From IMG/VR virus record IMGVR_UViG_3300037243_000055, positions 1-44,788 of that record: a DNA stretch of 44,788 bases; one strand, written 5' to 3'. Made by a program: the position numbers and the translations under genes. The DNA is from a virus (Duplodnaviria; Caudoviricetes). A model generated the notes under the pieces. That model saw only the letters and a list, made by a program, of their open reading frames with translations. It made no database searches and was not told the DNA's origin. Shown here piece after piece: positions 38,056-44,788 of this stretch. Within the stretch, counting starts at the first letter, position 1. Every line of letters begins with the position of its first letter.

Positions 38056-38145
38056 TTAGTGGTTGTTCCTCTCCTTCTTCACGCTGCCCACTGAGGAAGC
38101 GGACTGCACCTGCACTTCGTTCAAGAACTTCTCATCTTCCGTCAT
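38056..38145 (-). CDS. Small peptide (29 aa), not in the ORF track
   Basis: GAGGTGG RBS; MTEDEKFLNEVQVQSASSVGSVKKERNNH. Confidence 0.45.
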   Translation of the reverse strand: MTEDEKFLNEVQVQSASSVGSVKKERNNH

Positions 38146-38266
38146 TTAACCACCTCAGAGTTAAAATACAGATTGGGAATACAATACAAAGCTCAAATAA
38201 TACGATAGTCACCACAACTACTAACACATTAGGCTTCTGCCTAGCTTTTACTTGCCCAGTAGCCAT
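38132..38266 (-). CDS. Small single-TM protein (44 aa), not in the ORF track
   Basis: AAGGAG RBS; MATGQVKARQKPNVLVVVVTIVLFELCIVFPICILTLRWLNDGR. Confidence 0.6.
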   Translation of the reverse strand: MATGQVKARQKPNVLVVVVTIVLFELCIVFPICILTLRWLNDGR

Positions 38267-38741
38267 TCTTAAGCTCCTTCCATGCTACATTCAGCCTTGC
38301 CATTGCATCGGCTTGATTTGGATCATTCGGACTTCTATCCGGGTGATAGTACATTGCAAGTTTGCGGTACAGTTTAGATGCCGCGCTCATATCTATCGTC
38401 TCTGTTACAGTCTCCCCGGCGTTCTGAGCGAGATTCACAAACTCTGCGAAGTAGGTTTTCACTGGAACAATTTGCTGCTCCGGCTGATTAAATTCCTCAG
38501 CTTTAGTGCGCGTGAAGGCGTAGAAGTTGTAGCCCTTTGGTTTAAGTATCGCCTCAGCTAAAGCGTAGATACCAGCGTAATAGGAATCGTGTAGAAACCA
38601 CTCACGAGTTTGCGAATCATAGTCACGCATATTTCCCGGTACGGTTTTCTTGAGAAAATCCACAAACATCTTGTCGGAGTCAAACTTCAAGACGTACATA
38701 TTTATCTGTGGATTCCAAATGCAACTGAAGTTACGGGACAT
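38241..38741 (-). CDS. J-domain protein with N-terminal HARP-like domain
   Basis: C-terminal YRKLAMYYHPDR...MARLNVAW (J-domain HPD); N-terminal FVDFLK..VP...R.YD..TREW; GGAG RBS before ATG 38741. Confidence 0.8.
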   Translation of the reverse strand: MSRNFSCIWNPQINMYVLKFDSDKMFVDFLKKTVPGNMRDYDSQTREWFLHDSYYAGIYALAEAILKPKGYNFYAFTRTKAEEFNQPEQQIVPVKTYFAEFVNLAQNAGETVTETIDMSAASKLYRKLAMYYHPDRSPNDPNQADAMARLNVAWKELKNGYWASKS

Positions 38742-38790
38742 GGAAAGTCTCCAGTGTGAGTGTGAGGTTAGGATACACTCATAAGATGTG

Positions 38791-38873
38791 ATGATAACGT
38801 GGGAGAGAAGTGGGGTCAAGCACTTTATTTCCTTTAGAATCAAGGAGTTAGCGTGGGTGACAGTTTTTGTCAC
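38791..38873 (-). promoter_or_regulatory. Sigma70 promoter with IHF site and GTGACA-N5-TGTCAC palindrome (copy 2)
   Basis: TTGACC-17-TATCAT; AATCAAGGAGTTA at 38838-38850 (exact WATCAANNNNTTR); palindrome at 38857-38873. Confidence 0.78.
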
Positions 38874-38914
38874 CTCTCAGTGTTTGTTCCTGTCTTTCGC
38901 TTTTCTCTAGACGC

Positions 38915-38961
38915 AGAAAATCCCAAGCTACGCTGCGCTCATAACGCAGTTTCACTTGGGA
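38915..38961 (-). terminator. Hairpin/terminator downstream of the 39046-39537 gene
   Basis: TCCCAAG/CTTGGGA outer stem, CTGCG/CGCAG inner stem, followed by Ts on the minus strand. Confidence 0.5.
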
Positions 38962-39045
38962 CTTGGGGGAATACGCGCAGGCAGATTTATTGTCTCGTTT
39001 AAGCTAATGGCCTTGGACTCCACTAGCCCTGCGCGGTGCTACACT

Positions 39046-39537
39046 CTAGCCAGCTTTCTGCTGAAGCATTGCGAAAATCTGCGCTGCCTGTGCAGGAGTG
39101 AGGCTCGACAACTGTTCCATGACCTTTTCCATCGTGCTCTTACGAGTGTTGGAGGGTTCATTTGCATACGGCGACATATCCAGCGCGCCTTCGATGTTGA
39201 AATCAAACGCCAAGTTACCAGCCTCATCCGTATCACGGAGGAGCGAGCGGAACTTGTTCTGGAGCTTCACTTTCAAACCACGGTTGATGATATTCAGGCG
39301 CTCGTTCTGATCTGCGACGAGAACAGTGAAAGCACCCTCGTCATTGATGATCGGAATTGAGGCCGTTGCAGTGTAAACTGTGCCACCTTCCTTTGTTGCC
39401 TTCTCCTTCGCCTTATCTTCCGGCAGGACAGACAAAACAGTGGATACTTCCTTTGTCGCGTCGTCAACCACATCCTGCTTAACAACGGAAAGGGTGTAAT
39501 TCTCAGTGGTGATGGATGGAACCGCAGTGGTGGACAT
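39046..39537 (-). CDS. Hypothetical early protein
   Basis: AAAAGGAG RBS; has its own promoter and terminator. Confidence 0.7.
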   Translation of the reverse strand: MSTTAVPSITTENYTLSVVKQDVVDDATKEVSTVLSVLPEDKAKEKATKEGGTVYTATASIPIINDEGAFTVLVADQNERLNIINRGLKVKLQNKFRSLLRDTDEAGNLAFDFNIEGALDMSPYANEPSNTRKSTMEKVMEQLSSLTPAQAAQIFAMLQQKAG

Positions 39538-39662
39538 AATGTTGCTCCTTTTACGCTTTGCGCGATTTGTGAGTTCTTAGAACTGTAATTCTACAACGTA
39601 GTGCAGTTTGCAAACTGTAATACATTGGTGAGTGGAATACCGCGCCCACTCACTACTATGTG

Positions 39663-39787
39663 AGAATATCCCCTCACAGGGCCGCTGTCAAGCGGAAAGT
39701 GGAGCGGGGAGGTGACTCGTATGATGTTGAAAACGAGAGACTTACCCGCTGCACTGCTCGATAGACAGAGATGACAGAAAATGTCAT
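39663..39787 (-). promoter_or_regulatory. Sigma70 promoter with IHF-like sites and ATGACA-N5-TGTCAT palindrome (copy 3)
   Basis: TTGACA-17-TATTCT; IHF-like sequence at 39720-39744; palindrome at 39771-39787. Confidence 0.7.
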
Positions 39788-39798
39788 GGAGTCAGTTA

Positions 39799-40194
39799 TT
39801 AGCGTTTAGTATAAGCGGTCGGGATATTATGCCCAAACGCAAATACAAGCGCCATTGGATTATAAACTTCAATCCATTGTTGGGCAGCTTTATCCCAGAT
39901 GAAGTATCGCTGCTCCTGTGCTGGCTGCTGTTGCTTTAATGTTTCGCTGCGTTCGCTGATTTTCTTCTCGCACTCAGGAAACATTTCCGGTGTGTAATGG
40001 TGACGCACGAAGTGATTGTAAGCGTGCATCTCATGGCGTAGCGTTTGGGAACAATACACACACTCCCCGATATCCTTATAGAATCCAATGTAGCTATTCG
40101 GCAGGATTAACGTTCGCTTTGCTGGATTGGGAGTGTTCTGTGTGTTCTCACGAGCTGGAAATTTTGGCATCTGCGCCTCGTGGTTAGGATACAT
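39799..40194 (-). CDS. Protein with a C2H2-type zinc finger
   Basis: CVYC-x12-H-x3-H (CVYCSQTLRHEMHAYNHFVRH). Confidence 0.6.
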   Translation of the reverse strand: MYPNHEAQMPKFPARENTQNTPNPAKRTLILPNSYIGFYKDIGECVYCSQTLRHEMHAYNHFVRHHYTPEMFPECEKKISERSETLKQQQPAQEQRYFIWDKAAQQWIEVYNPMALVFAFGHNIPTAYTKR

Positions 40195-40493
40195 TACATC
40201 TGGTTGAAGATTTTATACGCTTCGATAGTTCGGCGCACATCCTGATACTGGGATTCTTGTTCTTTCCAGTGGTTTGTAGTGAGCATAGCATTGTTAATCC
40301 GCCCGAATACACCACTCGCATGAGTAAACTCACGGTTGAGACGGTGAATCTTTCCGCAGGAGTCACACACTAGCACCCGACGGGAGATGGTTGTACTGGT
40401 TCTGTTACTGTTTGCGATCTTATACTCCTCACTACTCCAATGCTCATGAGGATGTGTACAGCAAAGCTGTTTTAACCATGTAAAGGTTAGCAT
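40194..40493 (-). CDS. Small Zn-ribbon protein
   Basis: AAAGGAGG RBS; C.H ... CDSCGK. Confidence 0.6.
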   Translation of the reverse strand: MLTFTWLKQLCCTHPHEHWSSEEYKIANSNRTSTTISRRVLVCDSCGKIHRLNREFTHASGVFGRINNAMLTTNHWKEQESQYQDVRRTIEAYKIFNQM

Positions 40494-40511
40494 TGTGTAG
40501 CCTCCTTTGTG

Positions 40512-41153
40512 TTAATCTTTCCCATCACTGTTACCACTGTTGCCAGAGCTGAAACAATCTGCGCCGAGATCATCCATAACCCAATTACTCTTGTTTAAAT
40601 CTTCGGCTGTTGGCGTATAATTACCGCTCTTAGCGCCAAGCATACGCTTTTTTTGTTCTTGGTAGTAGCGTTTTTTAGTTGATGGTCCATCCGCAACTTC
40701 TGGTGCTGGCCCAGGTTTAATCATGCGTAGTGTATCTAACTTCTCCAACGTGCGTGTGTATTGTCCAATTGAACGTCGAGTATGTGATATACTACCCTGT
40801 AATCTTTCCTTTGCCTCTCTAGTGAGCATATGAGCTAAACCTTTAGAGTAAAACTCATACTGCATTTTTTGTAACTCCGCTTCAAGTGTGTTAATTCGGC
40901 GCTGTACGTTTAAGTACCGCTCCATGTTAAACTTCGCCTGTGAGTCATGCAAATCACGCATCATAACCATATGCTCATCACAAGCCTTCAGCGCAGTAAG
41001 TCGCTTTGCAGCGCCAATCTTACGCTCTAATCCAGTTATAATCTCACTGTAAAACTTCTTTGACATAGTATAAGGCTCACAGCTATCACGCCGCGCTTCA
41101 TACCATTCGATCTTACACAATACACATGAGATATTCTTAATATCAAATTCCAT
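40512..41153 (-). CDS. Hypothetical coiled-coil protein
   Basis: AGGAG RBS before ATG 41153, downstream of a consensus promoter; CVLC ... C..H. Confidence 0.6.
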   Translation of the reverse strand: MEFDIKNISCVLCKIEWYEARRDSCEPYTMSKKFYSEIITGLERKIGAAKRLTALKACDEHMVMMRDLHDSQAKFNMERYLNVQRRINTLEAELQKMQYEFYSKGLAHMLTREAKERLQGSISHTRRSIGQYTRTLEKLDTLRMIKPGPAPEVADGPSTKKRYYQEQKKRMLGAKSGNYTPTAEDLNKSNWVMDDLGADCFSSGNSGNSDGKD

Positions 41154-41179
41154 TTGGCTGCGGCTCCTGACCTGCCTCA

Positions 41180-41207
41180 ATTATACGCCCGTCCTGAACC
41201 ATGTCAA
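41180..41207 (-). promoter_or_regulatory. Consensus sigma70 promoter
   Basis: TTGACA-16-TATAAT; IHF-like AATCAGAGGGTTA upstream at 41265-41277. Confidence 0.78.
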
Positions 41208-41344
41208 GCACTTTGTCGCGCTTGGCGATGGTTGGCGTGCTTAGGAGGACACAGGACTTCTCGCTAACCCTCTGATTCTACGACCTTTACCTCCCCTCCC
41301 TGACACGTTCACTAGTCACATAGCACCCAAGGGAAATGACTCGA

Positions 41345-41470
41345 AAGTGATAAAATTATGAAATATAGTAGTATGTATATATTAAAAAAAATATATATTA
41401 CTTACTACTATACATTCAATTCATTTTACACTCCTTAATTCATTTTCGACCTTTTTTTCGACCTTTTTGA
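41345..41470. other. AT-rich imperfect palindrome, candidate replication origin
   Basis: TATAGTAGTA/TACTACTATA arms around an almost pure A/T centre; TTTTCGACCTTTTT direct repeat; non-coding. Confidence 0.5.
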
Positions 41471-41594
41471 TGGGCGTAGTGAGTAGGTGCAACAGGTTCT
41501 AGAGTGAGGTTAAGTATCGACGAATCAGATAGATGGCGTGATAACCTGAGGACGCCAAGGCCCTCCTATCGTCGCCAAGGGGTCTCAAGCCGCG

Positions 41595-42167
41595 CTAGTT
41601 CCTATCCCGCGCCCTGCACTCAATCGCGTGCCGTGTTTCAGGATCGTACTCAAGTCCGAGGAGCTGACGGGAGCGATGGAAGTTTTCAGCGGCAGTTTCA
41701 GTATTAGCACGGATAAGATTCGTGGTCAGCTTCGCATTGATATTTGCATAGTACACACCACGTTCTGCGGGACTGAGAGTTGAGAGAGTTTCCATTACAC
41801 TCACCGTCAGTCTATCACACGCAGCGCCGATGGTGCGCGCCCACGTCGCGTTCTCAGTCCTCTGTTCCGCTGCTTCACGGCGCGCTATTCTTTCACGGCT
41901 TTTCTGCTCCTGCCATTGATCCATTGTAAGCAGCGTTTCAGCCCGTGAGTAATCCTGCAATAGGATACTATCCAATTCCTTTGGCGCGGTCATTTTCTCC
42001 GCGCAGTCAAACCCAGCGAGAGGGGAGTTGAGTTTAAAACTATCCTGTATCTCCCGATTGCGTGTATTATTCTCACGCTCTGCATCTCTCACCGCGCGTT
42101 TCAACTCCGCCACGCGGCTGCTTGGTTTCCGGCGATTGTCTTTCGCTGTATCCTTATTATACGCCAT
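41595..42167 (-). CDS. Hypothetical early protein
   Basis: GAGAGGAG RBS before ATG 42167. Confidence 0.65.
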   Translation of the reverse strand: MAYNKDTAKDNRRKPSSRVAELKRAVRDAERENNTRNREIQDSFKLNSPLAGFDCAEKMTAPKELDSILLQDYSRAETLLTMDQWQEQKSRERIARREAAEQRTENATWARTIGAACDRLTVSVMETLSTLSPAERGVYYANINAKLTTNLIRANTETAAENFHRSRQLLGLEYDPETRHAIECRARDRN

Positions 42168-42191
42168 ATCGTATCGGCTCCTCTCAAACGT

Positions 42192-42222
42192 GAAAAGGCC
42201 CACGCTATACAAGCCGTGGGCT
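42192..42222 (-). terminator. Intrinsic terminator
   Basis: GCCCACG/CGTGGGC stem followed by CTTTT on the minus strand. Confidence 0.55.
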
Positions 42223-42261
42223 GTGAGTGTTGTGTGGTGGGTGAGACTAGGCCGCCCCAAG

Positions 42262-42717
42262 CTACCTCAGCGATTCCAGCATCCGGGCCGCGTTCCCCGC
42301 GATTTTCTGAATCTTCTCAGCGCGGCCTACCGTTTTCAGCGCGTGGGCAATCGCTTCTTCACGTGTGAGTTTAGGGTTCGCCTTGCTCACATCGCTTACC
42401 AGCTTGTCCCATCCCGCGACTGCCGTTCTGCACGCGCCCTTGACTGCCGTTTCAATCGCCTTGTGGATATGCTGGATCTTCTCAGCATTTACGTTACCAC
42501 CATCGGCTGTGATCTCAGCCGCAGTTAGCAGCATATCCGAGTGCGAGTCGTCCAGAAATTCAATGCTCATTCCAGCGGGAACCTTGCAAGCTACCAGTGT
42601 GAAACCTTGCTTCACCTCATTGGAGTTCAGCGCGGCCACGACCTTGTTTGCCTTGTCGGTCAACGTCTGCACATTGGCAACCACTTCCACGTCCTGTTTC
42701 TCGCTCACGTTGCTCAT
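42262..42717 (-). CDS. Hypothetical early protein
   Basis: AGAGGAG RBS before ATG 42717. Confidence 0.65.
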   Translation of the reverse strand: MSNVSEKQDVEVVANVQTLTDKANKVVAALNSNEVKQGFTLVACKVPAGMSIEFLDDSHSDMLLTAAEITADGGNVNAEKIQHIHKAIETAVKGACRTAVAGWDKLVSDVSKANPKLTREEAIAHALKTVGRAEKIQKIAGNAARMLESLR

Positions 42718-42942
42718 GATCTTCTCCTCTGTCCTGTTAAATGTGGGATGTTCCATGCAAGTACGTTTACTCCATGCTCGCATTACATTACACCTATTGT
42801 CAAAGATTGGGAGCCTAGCTCCCGCTGGATTCTGTGAGATGCTGTAGCAGGCGTTGGACTCTGGACCGCTACTCGCCTTGCACTCACAGAACAGGTACAC
42901 TCCAATCATACCAGTATTCTCCGCACGTGCGAACTATCTTGA

Positions 42943-43018
42943 CCACAAAATATAGTTTGACTAAGTAGTAAACACACTACATAATGTGCTTGACGGGGGG
43001 CCAAAAATGTGATAGGGT
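42943..43018 (+). promoter_or_regulatory. Tandem rightward sigma70-like promoters overlapping two NrdR-box-like sequences
   Basis: TTGACT-17-CATAAT (42957-42985) and TTGACG-17-TAGGGT with extended TG (42990-43018); boxes at 42943-42958 and 42974-42989. Confidence 0.55.
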
Positions 43019-43229
43019 CGGAAAAGCTGGGGGATTACCTCCTACAAATTTTTCAAAAATTCGCGTGTCAGGCTTATAGTGAAAGCAGAGACGTAGATTA
43101 AGCTAGCGTACACTCACAACAAGTTACAGTTCAAGTTACGGGCGGAACGGGTGAGGGGCGGGAGAGAGGTGTGGGAGCGGTCGCGTAATGTACTGTGCTT
43201 TATACCTTTACGAGAGACTCACATTTCGC

Positions 43230-43259
43230 TTGACAGGGACAGGCAACTTAGCCTATGCT
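43230..43259 (+). promoter_or_regulatory. Sigma70-like promoter upstream of the packaging operon
   Basis: TTGACA-18-TATGCT. Confidence 0.6.
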
Positions 43260-43323
43260 TATATGAATTGCAACGTATGCTGCCATTTTCGTTGCCTTCA
43301 AAAACTGAAAGGGCTAGTCTAAA

Positions 43324-43554
43324 ATGGGAGATCAGATAAACCATACGGCTTCATCCAACGCTAACGCGCGAACCGTTGGTACACCTTCCCCATTGCAGAA
43401 AGCCCTCGAAGTTTTTGTTGATGAGTGGTATTTTCACGACCGCAAGACTAGCGATGCTGAGGTAGAGTTTAATCTGAGCGCAGCTCACTCAATAAATCTA
43501 AGGGCGCAGCACGAAGAAGAAGAATTTTTAGTCGGTTACAAAGAGGGAGTTTAG
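43324..43554 (+). CDS. Hypothetical protein
   Basis: First ORF after the promoter; ends at the RBS of the next gene. Confidence 0.5.
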   Translation: MGDQINHTASSNANARTVGTPSPLQKALEVFVDEWYFHDRKTSDAEVEFNLSAAHSINLRAQHEEEEFLVGYKEGV

Positions 43555-43560
43555 GTTCAA

Positions 43561-44067
43561 ATGGCGAGTACAGGGCGGCCAAATGGTGCAAAAGGGTATC
43601 AGCGCATTCTCCGTATGGAGATGGTAGCCCGCTTGGAAGCAAAGCTCATTTACACCGCACAACAAATTGCTGATATGTTGAACTTGACTATTGGTGGCCT
43701 CAATACACTCAAGATGGACCCTGAGTTCGCTCAGGTCAAAGCTCGTGTGATGGATAAAGTTATCACGACGCTGGATGAGGATTTGGCTACTGATCTTAAG
43801 GGAATGAAATCTCGAATTCGCACTATGGTTCCAGTCGCGTTGGATGTTTTATTCGACCATCTTACTGGAACTAACCCACGTATTTCAATGGATGCAGCTA
43901 AGACTATCCTTGATCGTGATGGCAGGCTCGTTCCAGTTTCCAAAACCACTGTAGTCGCGGAAACAGCAGAGGGACATTCAGTTACAAGTACGGATGATAT
44001 GGTTGCAAGTGAACTTTCTGCTGCGATGGGGGCTTTAAATGGCGGGGAATCCAAAACCGTGCAGTAG
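43561..44067 (+). CDS. terS: Terminase small subunit candidate (HTH)
   Basis: HTH-like TAQQIADMLNLT...DPEF and AAKTILDRDG motif; lies upstream of terL. Confidence 0.65.
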   Translation: MASTGRPNGAKGYQRILRMEMVARLEAKLIYTAQQIADMLNLTIGGLNTLKMDPEFAQVKARVMDKVITTLDEDLATDLKGMKSRIRTMVPVALDVLFDHLTGTNPRISMDAAKTILDRDGRLVPVSKTTVVAETAEGHSVTSTDDMVASELSAAMGALNGGESKTVQ

Positions 44068-44245
44068 TTTAGTAGTGTTTGTAGCAAAACAGTTCGATGC
44101 TACTCAGAGCGGCGATTGGTATGTGGAGGGCATCAACTATGAACTATCTTGTGTGTATTACACACTTTTCACCGGGCTAGAAACTGAAAAACAGGCCAAA
44201 GAGTATGCCGAATGGCAGAATAACAAGGTGAAAGCGGAGGGTTAA
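44039..44245 (+). CDS. Hypothetical protein
   Basis: Fills the gap; the stop abuts the next ATG. Confidence 0.45.
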   Translation: MAGNPKPCSSLVVFVAKQFDATQSGDWYVEGINYELSCVYYTLFTGLETEKQAKEYAEWQNNKVKAEG

Positions 44246-44545
44246 ATGCCAGTTTCAGAGTTTCCAAGTCCAGATGGACAACCAGAAACAGAGACGACTG
44301 TGGTAGAGTCAACTGTGAGTTCAGTAACAACTCAAACACTAACTGTTGCACCTTATCGTGGCCCAAAAGCATACTGCGATAACGTGAAAGCAGAGCCTAC
44401 TGGAGTTGAAAAGCCGGTAAATTGTACCTTCTTCGCTGTGTATGACGTAACTTCCAACGGAGATGCGGTACAAAAACTATGCCCGCAGTGTACTACAGCG
44501 GTTGAAATGCAGTTCGACTCCGGCTCCAACGAGAGTGTTACATAA
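44246..44545 (+). CDS. Hypothetical protein with a Zn-ribbon-like Cys pattern
   Basis: GGAGGG RBS; C...C...CPQC. Confidence 0.6.
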   Translation: MPVSEFPSPDGQPETETTVVESTVSSVTTQTLTVAPYRGPKAYCDNVKAEPTGVEKPVNCTFFAVYDVTSNGDAVQKLCPQCTTAVEMQFDSGSNESVT

Positions 44546-44547
44546 TA

Positions 44548-44788
44548 ATGGGTGAATCCTTCCAGGATCGGTGGCGGTTGATTAATACCGGAGCTATTAC
44601 AGATCCAGCGACGAAGTTATTTGCGCATCGCTTGAATTGTTTAGGCTCTAATTATTACTTCATAAAGATAGGGCTTCGCCGCCACCGACTTCAAAACGAT
44701 CTGCATAAACATATGGCAGATTCTGTAGAGAAGATGCACCTAAAAGAAGTTAAAGAATATCCGCGCGATCATTTCAAAAGCACAATCT
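44548..44788 (+). CDS. terL: Terminase large subunit, N-terminus (continues at position 1)
   Basis: MGESFQDRWRLINTGAITDPATKLFAHRLNCLGSNY... is in frame with the 36..1640 ORF through the repeat. Confidence 0.9.
   Translation, partial: MGESFQDRWRLINTGAITDPATKLFAHRLNCLGSNYYFIKIGLRRHRLQNDLHKHMADSVEKMHLKEVKEYPRDHFKSTI
44597..44788. repeat. Terminal direct repeat, right copy
   Basis: Matches 1-192 with two substitutions. Confidence 0.97.

Overview
The window is an apparently complete, circularly assembled genome of a tailed dsDNA phage with podovirus-like gene content. Positions 44597-44788 repeat positions 1-192, giving a unit length of about 44,596 bp. The + strand (about 43.3 kb through the junction to 24.9 kb) carries the late module: terminase subunits, small membrane and peptidase genes, portal, scaffold, decoration protein, major capsid protein, tail adaptor/nozzle and large ejection-type proteins. 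It ends with a PurD-like ATP-grasp ligase, an HExxE metalloprotein and an SGNH-esterase tail fibre. The - strand (about 42.7 kb down to 25.0 kb) carries early and replication genes: J-domain protein, vWA protein, FtsK motor, PD-(D/E)xK nuclease, Sak4-like ATPase, SSB, Nmad1, a split family-A DNA polymerase, DUF3987 helicase-like protein, a muramidase-like protein and a GroES homologue. I recognised no integrase, primase, tRNA or CRISPR array. The most unusual features are a set of rearranged chaperone modules: a GroES with a DnaJ-type zinc finger inserted in its mobile loop, a HARP-like/J-domain fusion, and an Hsp90/MutL-family (GHL) ATPase plus HExxH peptidase inside a putative virion ejection protein. 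Also notable are a peptide/ATP-grasp/HExxE cassette and a repeated palindrome-IHF-sigma70 promoter module. All family calls come from motif recognition by eye; no database searches were run.
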